Shown: piece after piece, positions 39,857 to 53,425 of the stretch
Layout of the letters: each line of letters starts with the position of its first letter
Position numbering within the stretch: the stretch's first letter is position 1
Source: Phoronis australis
Taxonomy: Eukaryota; Animalia; Phoronida
DNA length: 64,000 bases
Assembly: GCA_002633005.1 (NCBI GenBank)
Contig: NMRA01000298.1
Coordinates: 282,312 to 346,311 of the forward strand
Direction: 5' to 3'
The notes under the pieces: model-generated
What the model was told of the DNA's origin: nothing
Database searches by the model: none
Seen by the model: only the letters and a program-made list of their open reading frames with translations
Program-made: the position numbers and the translations under genes

Positions 39857-39994
39857 CAGTGACGGATTTAGAGGGAGCCAAATGAGCCATCCCCTCCCAA
39901 AATGTCTCCTCCGTATTCAAATGCCTGATGGAAAAAATCCTGGCTAATCCTCTGCCTTGCGCCCCTTATAACTAAAAACCTGGATCTGCCCCTG
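39857..39994. mobile_element. hAT-like MITE (CAG(T/G)G(A/G)CGGAT termini) with 5-bp TSD GTGGG
   Basis: gtggg|cagtgacggatttag ... ctggatctgcccctg|gtggg. Relatives at 39362-39517, 42643-42805, 60536-60694 and about 60960-61065 (partial). Confidence 0.8.
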
Positions 39995-41522
39995 GTGGGT
40001 TGTGGTGAATGAAACTGGATGCAACAAGGGAAGGGGGTTGGAATTCTTGCCTGAAGTCCGGTAAACCTGCCTTGTATGAGCCCATAAAACAGCCAAGATA
40101 ACTATTGAATACACAGTCCATTTAGGATAGCTTTTACGATGCTTTGCAGCTCTCATAAACCACTAACATTTTAGTAAATCAACTACCAGCAGTTAGTTAA
40201 AGCAATATTCAGCCTACATCGACAGGTACAGGTAAAAATGGCCTTCTTCAAAGTAAATAACATAAGAACGCCTTATTTCCTGACTTCATGCTTTAAGACC
40301 CGTGCCAAAACAAAAATCTAAACAAAAGACATCTTCATTGGATGTAACGGGGTTTCCAAGGTAATATACATACTAGCGAAGTACCCACCGATGTAGGGCT
40401 CAACATGCCTTTAACAGAACACTTTCTTCAACACTTCCTATGGCAAATTAACAAGCAGGTTACCAAACCATACAATTAATCTTAATTATGTGTGTGTCAA
40501 TTTGGAGTCAAATTGTAGCAACGTCCCAAACTGTCACAATTTAGAAGCTGTGACAATGTGGGACGATGTGACAGTTTGGTCCTACACACATCACTCCTTT
40601 GGGACATCGATTTGAAGTCAAATTGTGTGCAACCAGGTTAGGGATCACTATTGTTCACCAAAAGGTTTTGCCCACCTGTTGTCTAGTCCACGTACACCCA
40701 CACCGTCGTCGTTACCACAAATGCGATCAACAGGAAGTAAACAGTTGGAAAGTCAGAATTGTTTGGCAAAATCATCAAAGAGTGGATCATGAAACACGCG
40801 CCTCCAGTCAGACGGTGCACTTCGTTTGACGGGGAGATATCAAGAGGTATGCGTAAATTTTCTGAGAACCGAGCATGGCACAACCTTTTTTTTTTAGTCG
40901 ACGGTTTCGACTTTAGCTTTGGAGACCTCAGATTTCGTTTGGCGACTTGGTGTCTGAAGTCAAGGTAAGCGTCAGACGATGGAATTTCAGAATCCGGTCA
41001 GCAATCTGCGCAAGAAGTTAAATTTGCTGACGTCATGCCGGTCGTAAGAAAAGGGCAGCACTTAAATTAATTCATTCATGTCCATGTGTTCTATTCTGCC
41101 ATTGTAGGACCAAGTCCAGACAGTTACAGCAACGAGATTTCACTTGGAAGCGAGGCTCCGGCATTTTTTTAACAGCGTGAAACACATTTCTTTGTCATGT
41201 ACGTGAGTTTCACAATGAACACACCTGGAAATAAATCAAGAACTCCTAAATCAATACAACGTGACAACACCGACTGAATAAATAACTTAGAATAACATAA
41301 GAAATTAATCTAAATGTTTTTATGGAATAATGATTTCATTTAATAGGAAGGTATCTCGTTCTCAGTCGGGCAAAGTAAACAGTTTATTCAAGTAGCACTT
41401 TCCCTGGACTTTGACGCACAAGTTGGTCAGTGTGAGTAATTGGTCAAACCAGAATCAGAAAAATGGGACAGTAGAACCAGTTATTATTCATGAGAGTCAA
41501 TCAAAAATGAAATGTTCTCGTT

Positions 41523-41756
41523 CGGAATATGTCGATGAGTAAATATTTTTTCGCTGAACAAAGGTTACTAGAAAAATGCAAATTACGCCAAGCCGATGTC
41601 TCATCAACGATCTGAAGGGGCACGTCAGAAATATATTTTAATTAATTCATTACGAAAATACCATATCGGAATATGGTGATGAGTAGATATTTTCTCGATG
41701 AACAAAGGTTATTAGATGGACGCAAGTTACGCCAAGTCGATGACACATCAACGATC
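41523..41756 (+). repeat. Local tandem duplication (about 145-bp period, about 90 bp alignable)
   Basis: cggaatatg..gatgagta.atatttt.tcg.tgaacaaaggtta.tag...ttacgccaag.cgatg...catcaacgatct occurs twice. The second copy ends at the TTAA of the Kolobok-like insertion. Confidence 0.75.
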
Positions 41757-41760
41757 TTAA

Positions 41761-42492
41761 AGAGGCAGGAAACGCGAAAGCTCTTCAAAAATATCTTTTA
41801 AGCAATTGATGACAAAAGTAAAATCTGGCAACGTTTACTAAAGAGTTATTCACCTCCCACGTGAAGAAAATTCCCGAAAAAATCATAAAATTCACGATTT
41901 TTTAAATACGCGAAAAGGAAAAACTGTGGAAACCACATTGTTCTAATCTAACTGCGTTCATAATCATTCAACAAACAGCTGCTGATAACATGGATATGAA
42001 TGACACATTCTCGTGTGTGATCGCACTCCGAGTATGAGGTTGGCAGCACCGCATGAGGCAAGCCACTGAAGCAAGCAAATTTTCACAAAAAATAACCCCA
42101 AGTGCATTTTAAACAGATAATTAGTGCATCAATTACATCTTAATAGGACTGACTGCTTCTTGAAGTCGTCGCCGTTTTGTTTACCTCAAAGGCTAAAAAA
42201 GGTCACAGTTTCCATATATAGAGGATATGTGCTATGTCTGCAAGTATGTCTTACCATACCGAATAAGGAGACGTGCTTTGCCTTGTGGGAGGAAACTTAA
42301 GCAGTTGACACAGTCGTTTCTTTTTTATGGAATTAGAAGCTAAAAGAAATGGCTTTGACATCAACAAAACTTCAAAACTTATACTTATTAAAAATTGTGA
42401 AAAAACCTGGTGAACAGGTTGAATTTCGTGTCAGTGGAAGACAACTACTTTGAATAAATCAATTTAGTCCGTTTTTCGAGTTCCGGTCCTCT
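41761..42492. mobile_element. Kolobok-like non-autonomous DNA transposon, copy 2
   Basis: ttaa|agaggcaggaaacgcgaaa ... tttcgagttccggtcctct|ttaa. TTAA TSD and purine-purine termini. Confidence 0.78.
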
Positions 42493-45409
42493 TTAAAACG
42501 CATCAAATCCTGTCGTGTGCCAATCCTCAAAAAGGCAATTGGATTCGGCGACGTACATGTACTGTGTCGTTGTATTCTTATACTGAAAATTTAGTAGCCA
42601 TACGTGATTCAAACATTGGTCACGAGGAGAGTGGAGAGTTTGTAGGGGCGGATCCAGGATTTTGAGTTGGGGGGTAGGACATAGTATTAGCCATGATTTT
42701 TCCCGTCAGACATGTGCACTCTGAACTGCGAAATGTAATCTGGGAGAATTCTAAGGGGGACATTGCCCCCCTTGCCGCCCCCCCCCCCTGTATATCAGGG
42801 CACTGGAGCAGGTGAACAAAGGGACAGTCGGTTGCGAACGGACGCTTACATGCAGGCGGTTTTAGGATGTGATTGCTCTCACGAAGCAAATCAAGGAAAG
42901 AACGAAAAACTTTCATGTACATGACTTCACGATAAGATGAGTATACACTGTACACTTGGATAAATCATACTATCTCTCTATAGCACAAAGCGAAATAATT
43001 GCCTCCACGTTTGACAAATATATGGATGTTTTATTTAATTTTGTGGCATCAAATACCAAAAAAATTCAATTCGAAATATCCTGAGATCACTTGTCGTGAA
43101 ATAGCTTGCCAAAGCACTTACCGTACATGTAATCTTGTCGCGGAATGTAAAACAACCACTACACCTATGGTGTCCAGCTGAATCAATCAGACTTCTAGTG
43201 GATGAAGCTTGGCGTGCCAATACGCTGACGTAGTCTGTGAATGAGCTCGAATACTTGGTATCGTTGATTTAGAGTTTCTATGCTTCCACACGACCCGGCT
43301 TAACAATTCAGTGAATTTTATGAAGCCCTTAAAACGATAAGGATTTGGCTATAGCAAGTAGTTTTCCTTGGAAATGTCGATGCTCTTTTCATAATCACCT
43401 CATTGGTTAAAGTACATAACACTTATGCTCATGGAAGCAAAATCTGAAAAGTAGAGGTAACGTCTCTTTACTAATAATACGCAATCCACCATGGTTCCAG
43501 GTTCAGACAAATCACTCATCAATTCATTGCGCCGTGAGTAAAATATATCTCAGTTTAAGTTGCTTACCTGTAAAATGTGTTAGCGTGAATTAAAAAATAT
43601 CATCAATGTTCTTTGTTAATTTTTTTCTTTGCTTTTGTTCTGGTAAGATAAATAACACATAAAGCGTCTTCCGCATTTGCGGAACAATACCAAAACAAGA
43701 ATGGCCTACTTGAATAGTGAGGTCACGCTGAACATTGAATGAAAATATTAATCGTGGGTACACTTACTTTGCTTAAAATTCGTTCTTGGTTCATTTTTAT
43801 GCTATTGATTATCACGCAAAGTGGTTGGATGCGTTGTTTACTGGTAACGCTCGGATACAAGGCACACTTTTCAATATTGCGGTGGACACGCCGTGGTGCA
43901 GCTTAATGAAGTACTATAATGCACCAACATCCCTGCACAGACCCCCAACCACCTCACAATCGACACCGATAGTGTGGTACATGCAGGCCTTTTGGGGGTA
44001 TCGTCGGAAAAGAACGTGTATGGGAGCTAAAAAGTTGTCTTTCTACAAATACCTGGGATCTCGCTTTCAGTAAGCTCGCCGGAATGCAGTCTGGGTATAT
44101 TTAAATACTGATAAGGCGTATGGAAAGAAGAAAGAAAACGATGTAAAATTCATTCATACACATTGTAACTGTAAAGTTAAGTAACAAAACCATACGATCC
44201 AATTTGCCACCGATAGGTTGTGCACATTACCTACTTCCGCGAATACGAGCTGCACACGGTTTGTGGTCTCCAAAAGGATTAAATAAAACGAGCTATCAGA
44301 AGAAACGATCGAACATTTGCACCCGACAGCCGCGATTGTCAGTGAGTGTAACTGAGGGTTTGCACGACTCTGCAATGCTCCTTGAATGGTTGCACCTGAC
44401 CATAAACTCACTCCACCGGCATTTGCTTTGTTCTCGTTGACGACTTCTTACTTACACTTACAAGCCACCCATATAACGTATGTTTTTGCCGGTGATACCA
44501 CCTGGAATAAGTGTAAAATCTTCATTTTTGCAAATCTCAACGGATAGTTCAATATCACGATGGCAACTGACAAGAGTTGAAAAGCCATGCTCTTGATTAA
44601 GAATCACGTGAAGCTGTCGGTCAACATGACCTTTTGTTTTAGACATGTTATCAGACAAATACTATGCTTAGCCTTCACATGCTACAAATGCTTCAAACTG
44701 TTACAGACATTCCATCAATTGTCAATTCCTTTGGCAGAATCTGTTTACTCCAATCAACTACTGTGAGCTCCACGTCAGTTGTCACAATATTTTCTGGCCA
44801 CAAGACACCAGCGCCGTCTGAGACTCCGTCCTACACTCTCCGGTCGCATCATTGTTCATGCAGATCCAAAACTTTCACTGGAAGCAATATTCGGGTAAAT
44901 TCTTCTCTCCGGTACGCAAGGATATGCGGTTAGAGTAGATACTTTTGCACAAACTGTGTGCATTAATTTTGGTCCTCTCTTGTAGCAAATAATGTGAGAT
45001 GATCGACTTGGTGCTAAGCAAGCAGGCTGTCGAGTGTCTACTTTTTGAAATCTGATATTTACATTGTGTCGTGTTCGAGTTTGCTGTTGAGTTCAGCTCG
45101 CCATTTAGCAGTAGAAAACGGCTTCATTGTCCATTGTCAGAGATTTTATCCCATACCCGTTGAATCAGTCGAGTGCAGTACGGCCATATGTGATAGTGTT
45201 TTCCGTATTTATCTCTTGCCCTACTTGATCAGTGCCCTCTAACATGAAAAGTTCAAAAGGTAGGTCGATGTTGACTCGACGTCGTTAGCCAGTTCTATCA
45301 TCAAACTTTCCGAATATAGTTTTAAGTAATACAATCCCAGCAGTGTAAATAACATGCAACATGCAATCAGGTCCCAAACGTTACATCTAGTACAAAACTG
45401 TTAATTATA

Positions 45410-45633
45410 CATGCGCGCACCCAGCCTTCAATATGTGGGGCTCGATTTCCAGACGTTGTGGACCATTTGCTAAAAAAACCGGGCGTCGGGACTAAAAAAA
45501 AACAAAAAAAACGGGAGCATCTCTGTGAATTGCGACTTTGCGCTTATTTAGTGGACTTTTGTCCCATTTTCTCGGACTTTTTGTCTCTCGGGGGGCACCT
45601 TTTTCCCCACTTCGCCCCCTGGGTGCGCGCATG
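45410..45633. mobile_element. MITE with CATGCGCGCACCCAG TIRs, copy 2, nested in another repeat
   Basis: 15-bp perfect TIR with TTATA on both flanks. Shares gtgaattgcg..tttgcgcttatttag..ttttgtcccattttct with copy 1. Confidence 0.8.
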
Positions 45634-46407
45634 TTATATGACACTTCAGCTGTTTCAAATTGCCATATCGTCTGCAATAACTGTTTTTTTTTACTATAGT
45701 AAACTCGTAACCTAAGGCGCAAGTATATACATATAGGATGTGATCCGCCACGTGAACAGTTTGGGTGAAGTATTTAACAAAAATGAAAGAAACCTAGGAA
45801 TTCTAAGCGTACGGCATAAAAATTGTCTCGGTCGATACGCGGAATAATGTAGGGTTCATCTACGCCACTGTCCGTAGGTTTTGAGTATAGACGCAGAAAT
45901 CTCGCTAAGGAATCAAATGTGATTTCATGCTTCGCTTCTAATGGTTAATATCTCGCGAAGTATTGCGTACTTATGCGTTTTAGCGGGATTGTCGTCTCTT
46001 GCAAGGCACGCTAGGTCCCTTAGCTTACGTGATTTTTATTACACCTGTCGGTCAGACTTGAATCAGGTACACTCTGCAAACGTTATCGGGTACATTTACA
46101 TACCATTAGGTGAAATATTGAAACTCATTAGTGCACGAAACATGAATCATCAGATTCTGTAAGGTCACTTGTCCTCAAATAGTTTGCCGCTTGCCATATC
46201 AGTTACACAGAAAGCAGATCTACGATTTTTGGACAGTGTCATGCTGGACGACTCGGATTTAAATGAGAATGCCACCCGATTTAATTAGTCTTTTTTGCCG
46301 TCTTAATCGGTCTATATCCAGTTCGCCTCGCATACGGTCGACCTTACCTTGGCAAGAGGTGTCGCGTTAATCTGCGAGGAAGGTGAGAAACGACGCTAGC
46401 GACGTCA

Positions 46408-46659
46408 GTGGTTCATATGGAGATTGAATGCCGCTATTGTGCGTTGCAGCGTTCCCACTTGTCCGAACTAAGCAGCTGCGAGGAAAGCGGATATATCAAT
46501 TTTTTACTTCCTCGAGAGTCCAAAATGCTTAGGGAGTGGCTCATGGTAGTGAAGAATGAAATGTACGCTGTAAATAGCAAGTATGAGGCCGTGAAACATC
46601 TCCGTGTCTGTGGCCTGCAGACGTCGACAGTGCCTGACGAATGCCGGCTTACCAAATAA
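46408..46659 (+). pseudogene. Degenerate THAP zinc-finger remnant, probably transposon-derived
   Basis: CRYC...C....FLLPRESKMLREWLMVV...HLRVCGLQ resembles THAP C-x-C...FP...R..W...rvCs.HF. The final His is missing and no downstream transposase was recognised. Confidence 0.5.
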
Positions 46660-49600
46660 CTCCGTACGTTCCGTTGTCTGAGCTTGTTCCCCACGCCTCT
46701 CTAGTATTTCTTCATCTTTGTATTCCTGTTCGAATTGATAGGGTGTAAATCTTAATGATCCACCTGCAAAGTCGGGACTGATGAGCTCTAGCTCGTCCTA
46801 AGTCAGGATTGCGAGTTGCCATGTTAAGCGTATATTACTGAGCGTTCTGTTTCAAAATGAATTATTCTCACCCTAATCAACACTTATATAAAACTGAAAC
46901 AAAGTCTGTCTCATTAGATGCAATTTGCAATGCCTTTGGAGTGTTAGTGAGTGCAAACAAATTTGCAGTTTCGTGGCTAATTCACCAACACAATCACGTG
47001 CATATTACTTTGGCTCACTAGTATAGTATTTTCTTGACTGGAAGTTTAGTTTCCACTGAACATTGGTTGATTTATGTTCGTGATGTCTGATCAGTTTCCG
47101 AGCCACTGGCCGGGATAACGAGTCAATCCGGCCCGGCCGCGACGGGCCTGATCGGGCTCCGAGCCACTGACCAGGATAACAAGCGATTTGTGTTTAGAAC
47201 TCAAGTCTCAACAACACAGATCTAGGTTCTCCTGTCTGTATCTCACGGAAAATACTTCGAATTTGTCTCCGAACAGACCCCAAACTCCTGCTACGGACCT
47301 TATTGGCCTGCCGAACTTTGTAGGCTACGGTGTGTACAAATACCAATAAATCCGTAAGAGCGAAATAAAACAACACGTTTTTATAAGAACTCGGTGTATT
47401 TTTAAGGGTTTTACACCGAAGTTTGATGATTTATCGGTGTTAAACGATGACTTCAAGCGATAAGCTGACGCCAGTAACGCGAGTTGTGAACTGCTGAACA
47501 GACTGCGTGTGAAACCGATGACGTCGTTGGATAATTTCATCACCTCCGTCTGCCGTCAGGTGTCAGGTAACGCAACCGTACGTGTCAATATGGAGTAGAA
47601 CTAATCGATCTAAATTGATACAAATTAGGTTGTTTTTTTGGGTGGCATGCTCCTTTAAAGCTAACTCAAGTTCTAACTTTACTGTTTCTGGGTCCAGTTT
47701 TTATGTTTCGGAAACGAATCCGGCGTATTTGTTAACAATATCAACAAATTCACAAAACAGTAACACAAGAATAGGTAAAACAGTCTTTCGGTGAGGCAAT
47801 GAAATAAAATTGGAAGGTGGATTCGTGACATCAGGCAACCAAACCCGGTGAGGAACACCACACTTAGCATGATTTTGTCTCCACTTTCACAACAGAAAAC
47901 TTAGTTGAGTTCAGTAGCTGTCTCCCGGCGAGAAAATCTAACCTAAATCACGTGCTCTTAATTATTAAAAGTACAGAGCAAAGAACTGGAGAAATTTCGC
48001 TATTTTAGTGAGGTCCTAACGATATTGAAATCTACCCTGGGTAAAGTCATGATACTTATGCGAGATCAAAGACACCGGGGCGGCTGCGCTAACAGGGTGC
48101 GTTTTGAAATTCGGCATATTCGCCTATTTGCCTGTGGTGTTTCAATAGGCGTGCCAAACATAATCTGACAAAATGACCCGGAATTCCCAGTCATGAGAGC
48201 CCAGTGCACGCACAATTCGTCTTAAAGATGCATTAAAACCATGAATATTTAAATTAGTAGTAAGCGCCACCTTGTGGCTTCCTGGAGAACTTTGTGTACA
48301 AGTACGATCAGGAAAGGAAAGAATTTTTAAATAAAACGCGGTATTAAAGAAAACATGACAACAAATACACTTAGAAAACAAGTGTGAACAATTAGAAAAC
48401 CCCAGTTAGTCCAAATATTACGTAATCGTTATTCGATAGTAAAATGAACAAATAAAAAACTTCCCAACGTTTTATTAGAGTAACGATAACATATTACCAT
48501 ACTAGTTTACATAAAAAACAGTTTTTCGCGTGAGTGTGATGGTAGTTGGTTCTCGGAAGGTTTCCGGCACACCGGAAGACCTGGGGTTGTTTGGAAACTA
48601 GTCCTTCATTTGCATATTTACATTTCAATAAGACATACCACCTTTAAGAGCCGGGGAAAACGATGAAACAGTATTGTGTTTGTTTTCTGGTATGTACTGT
48701 CTAATTTCTTGATGGTTCTTCAGTGCGGTGGCCCAAAGACGACATCAAGCATTTTTTATCGAGATCTTGAGAGAGCTAAGTCGGGATCTAGAGATCCTGA
48801 AATAATTAAATAAAGATCTCGAGATCCAAAGAGAATTAAAAAAGAAACGCGTGATGTCATTTTGGACCACCGTGCATCAGAGAGCACTGGTGGTGTTGAT
48901 TTTTGGACGGAGCTGACTGCTGTGGGGCTCCCCTGCGGCAATATGGGCTTTTTTCGCGTCTGCGACAATATTTGTCAAATTGTTTGATGTTTTCTTTGTG
49001 TAATTTAGGAGGGAAGCACACGTGGTGCGTTTGGTTACAGTGGAGCTCTCTAGCGGCTGCTTGTCGTTACGTTTGTCATTCGAAAGGTCTTTATGATATT
49101 CGACCTGCGTGTTCCTATTGTGGGATACGGAAGTACTGTACATGCAATATTGATTTTCAAGTGGAACCGTCAAACATTCGAAAAGCAAGCACTACTAATA
49201 TATGTCTACAATTTCCGATGCACGCGGTGGGTAGACATCAACCTCTGTGTTGCTCGTACTTGCAGGTCTGCCCATTGTAGCTACCTCTCATGTGCTTTGA
49301 GTGGTGCGACCTGGTCACGGACGCCAGCACCGTCCCCAGTATCCTTTGTCAAAGAGCCACTTCGGTCCTCGCTGACAAACCAAACAAGATCTAACAGCCG
49401 GTTTTCAAGAAGTCGGTCTTGCAACTGGTGGCGATCAAGTCGGCAAACGCCATCTAATAGAGTCAAATACACACCGGTGTCACCTATTGAAAAGAAACCG
49501 TGTGTTAAACAGGGATTTGTGTTCATGATTGATAGTTTGAACGAGGTTTAGTAACGCCGTTATTATGTAGTGATTGCATGAAAATCAATGTCGCTGATTT

Positions 49601-52600
49601 TTTTAATTTGACTTCAAAGCACATCAAAGGGTTAATTATTGAATTACCACACCGCACATGTATTACCGCGCACGAATAAAATCATCAAATTGTCTGTTAT
49701 TACCCACGGGTACGTTGGCACCATTTCCATTGAAAACACCGAGGCAAGTGGATACCTCGACACGAGAACCAATGGCCACTAGATTTTCTAACAGATAAAG
49801 AAGCCCATAATTGGTACCAGATAGGCCATGGCCTTTCATTTGGATACTGAAATTATCATCAACGCAAATTAATACAATAATGCTTCTACTGAAAATTAAC
49901 TGCCAATATTTTGAGCTTCTAATAGTTTCCTAGGTTAATTGAGCACGAATACAAGCAGGGTGTTCCAAAAACCGCCCTATTTCATATTGCACCTATGAGT
50001 TTGCAACTTTTGAACTTTTACTCATTCAGACGCCAAAAATAATCAAACAGGACTGCCTGCTAAGCAGCAGCGGTGAAAAATCTTTGAGATTTTCTATCGC
50101 AAAATCGGTGCCACTGACACAATCCAGGTTCGTTTGCAAGATTTTGGTAGAAAGAACGTGCTTGGCAGTGAGACAGTTGAGTTTTGGTAACCAAATTTCG
50201 TGACTCGCAAACAGTGAATTGTTCAATTCAAGAGGCACCGGCTTTCAAATAAAAACTTGCTAAGCGCAACCCAAACTCCTAAAACATTTTCGGGTCGCTG
50301 GAAAAATTGATATCCATCTCCATCCCCTCAAACATTGTTAGTGCACGAATGCATCAACTCGGTTCAACGATACACCTTGCCACTTGTAGTGTAACGCATA
50401 TACAGCGCACGAAAGACGAAAGTGCACGACGCTGATACGTGTAATGTAACAGACATGATCAGATGAATATACGCCTGAGTATAAAATTCACAGTTATCAA
50501 GTATCTGTGAACTAAACAAAGAAATTGGCCTCCATAACGTTTCTTAGTGTTATTTCTTCGTCGAGTAGGCCCTAGTGAGCTGTGTAAAGTAGCATGTGAA
50601 GGTGGAGCGACATGAATGTGGTGGGCAGTACAGAAAGTTCAACACTTAACACTTGACCGCCACCAGACACTAAACATTTTTCCATTGCAGTCAAATCGCA
50701 TGGAAGCATTTTACTACTGTTTAACAACTCAGCGGATGCACTTTTTTCACAAATACAAGAGTGCGGCGCAACCAGCTACTGATCCAGGGTGCCGAGAGTT
50801 GCAGTAACAATAGGGCCTCCCAAAAATTTAGCCGAAATCACGTGTTCTCATCAAAATACAGTACCGGGAAGCCTTGCATGTTACCGTGGTCCTACCGTTA
50901 CTGGTCCTACCCGCCTGGTCACTGTGTCAAGGCGTGTGGATCTGACAGCAGCATGGCCAGCGTAATCTGTATAAATGGTCTCAAAGGACTTGGAATGGTG
51001 TGTGTATACATGTACATGTACATGTATGCCGGCTCGACATACCTCAGTCTTTTGCTTCTCCAGGGAACATTTTGATAATTCGGCTCAAAGTGGTCGCCGT
51101 TTCAGTGAAGTTGGATCAAAACACAACGTACTGTCAGATTCTGTCGCTGTTACATCTTTGGAAATGCCCTTGTGTTACCTCCCAGTGGTAACTTTGGTGA
51201 GCGTGGCCTGGCAGCAAATGTCGGAACGACGGATCCATTGCCTCTTAAAATGGAGTGCACGAAGTGTCAGATTGGACACGAAGCTGTACTAAGCCGCCGC
51301 TTTGGGCCCCGCGTAGATACTGAGAGAAGGTCCTCAGCTTGAAGCAACAGCTATGTCCCAAAACAATTTTTGTCAGGAACCTTTGAAAGGTGATCAATCG
51401 AAATTGGAACCCGGCACGATGCAAAACAAATATCACGATACGGTGGGCATTGGGCGCCTTGTCACCTTAAATTTTACCACTACAGCACTGATTGGCGTAC
51501 AGCAATTCTGCAGCAAATGTTGTGCCATCCTTTGCGTCGGCTTTCGGCGCCTCATCCGATCATTGCGTCACCTATTCCCCGATTCTTGCATCAGCTGTTT
51601 ATCTTCCAAGAGTTTTCAGTATTTTAATACCAGTTTCAGAACAAATTTTTGTGGCAGTGATCAGCGAAAAAGACTGTGAATGCGTTGAGTCAGGAAATTC
51701 GGATTCCAAATTCTACGGTCCATTCCAAAATTTATTGTGTCGGAAATAATGGGCTCCATTGACAAGTAAATCGACGAGCCCTCAATATAATGCGGCCAGT
51801 TCAATGAAGCCTGGCTCTCAACATACATGTAAGTGCAGTGGGCCCGAATAGGTCAATAATGGTCTCAAAATATTTAAAAATCACGCAAAGCCCGAAGTGG
51901 CTTTAACCTAAAACAATCGTAAAATATCGTATTCAAACACACAGATTTTAGCAGTCCAGGGGAATGATACGTTATGTACTGAATAAGGGTACTGTTCACT
52001 TAATTGCTGCGTTAGCATTGATGATTTTCAATGACCAAAAACCTGCTATAGGGCAATAATTAAGAGACGTTTTCTTTAGTTCGCAGAAGTAGAATACAAA
52101 ATGCTCAAAATAATTTTGAAACCAATTTTGATTGTACCTAGCCACCGAGCCCATGTACATGTAGCGAATGCGTGAGTGAACTGACCTGCAAGGTCACACA
52201 CGCAAGCCAGATTACATAATACCTTTCCCGGTGTCCTGCTCTAGAGAGTTCGCAAGAAATTTGCAATCAAAGCACAAAAATGTTCTCAAAAAGCCCAAAC
52301 ACTTTGCACTTTGACGGTTCGAGGTCAAGGACGGTACGGAAATTGCCGGTTTGTCGCGTTAAGTCACGATGTCGATAACGCCGTCCATCCGTAATTCATC
52401 GGTAATTTCCAAATATGATTAATAGTGAAACTTACGCGTATGAATCTAAGTGCGAAAAAAAAACGAATTACCGGCCTCAAATACATGTAGCAAGGCGCAT
52501 GAATCTAAATAAACGCCTTTTTGTCAAGTCAAAATAACTGCGGCTAAAGCAGACACCGGCTCATCTTCTCGGAATATGAACTGTATCAACTTACTCATCA

Positions 52601-53425
52601 TTTCCATAAAGATCAGTGAGGTCCAGTATATGATGTCAAAATTGAGACTCGTTTCAGTCTTAGACTCGAAATTCAAAAACACATTTGCAGGTTTACGCCA
52701 AGCTTGAAATCAACGTGGACAATTTTCAGCCAACTGTCAAGCACATAGATTAGGCCCCCGGTATAGGTCTACCGTCTGACTTGATGAGCCCATAAATACA
52801 TACCTGTACACTTGGAAGGACATTGCCTTCATCTCTGTCTTGGAGTTCTGCGTATGCTAGTTTATCGCCTAAACGCAATGTGGAATTTAGCAGATGTGTT
52901 CTTATGAAGCTTACGACAAATTTTGGCCACTTTCTGAAGGATCCGACTAACGCTAAAACCCCAAGTGTCGACTTTATTTCCTTTTACATTTTCTTCTGTA
53001 TATCACACGTTTGTTGACAGATTTTTGTGACAGCTTCCAGGTTTCAGACAGATTTGGCGCTGTCGACCCACCGTAATTACCATTTTCATTGTTTCAAGAT
53101 CATGGTTTTGGTGCCGGCCTCTTTATCCGCCACGTCGTTAGAAGGATCATTGTGAAATTCGATAGATGTATTTGCATTAAGATGAGAACAACTGACCGTG
53201 AAGGCTCCATCTTTTGGGGCGGCCCACAACTATCCTGATGTGTTCTGTCTCTGCCAAGATTTTGGTGGGTTTTCATAAAAGTTGGTGTTCATTCTGAAGG
53301 TAGGTAATTTAGATTTTATCCATGTGTGCCTCATGAAATCAAACAATTAAGTTTCTTAGAGAGAGAAAAAGGCTCCATAACATATGACCTATAGCAAGCT
53401 CCACCCCCTTGCGAAAAGTCACATG

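Noticed and set aside
44150-44660. Minus-strand Cys-rich fragments (ACKCK...CRW...RCNH) reminiscent of a Ginger-type integrase tail
   Set aside because: Broken by stops and frameshifts, with no DDE core or termini found. Too weak to call.
46770-46810. CTGATGAG followed by a hairpin (gagc-tcta-gctc), resembling a hammerhead core
   Set aside because: The stem is followed by GTCC rather than GAAA, and there is no stem III or cleavage triplet. Other CTGANGA hits I inspected (for example 5929, 23613 and the minus strand near 10630) also lack a complete core.
47087-47185. Two copies of an about 35-bp motif (tgatc....tccgagccactg.cc.ggataac.ag) about 60 bp apart
   Set aside because: Only two units and no associated feature, so most likely a simple local duplication.
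48756-51749. Cluster of overlapping 60-150 aa ORFs on both strands
   Set aside because: No recognisable domains or consistent splice structure. The ORF density is explained by locally higher GC.
52804-53040. Minus-strand stretch ending in a good donor (CAG|gtatgt) with a vaguely death-domain-like translation
   Set aside because: In-frame stops upstream, no acceptor or partner exons identified, and the similarity is only impressionistic.
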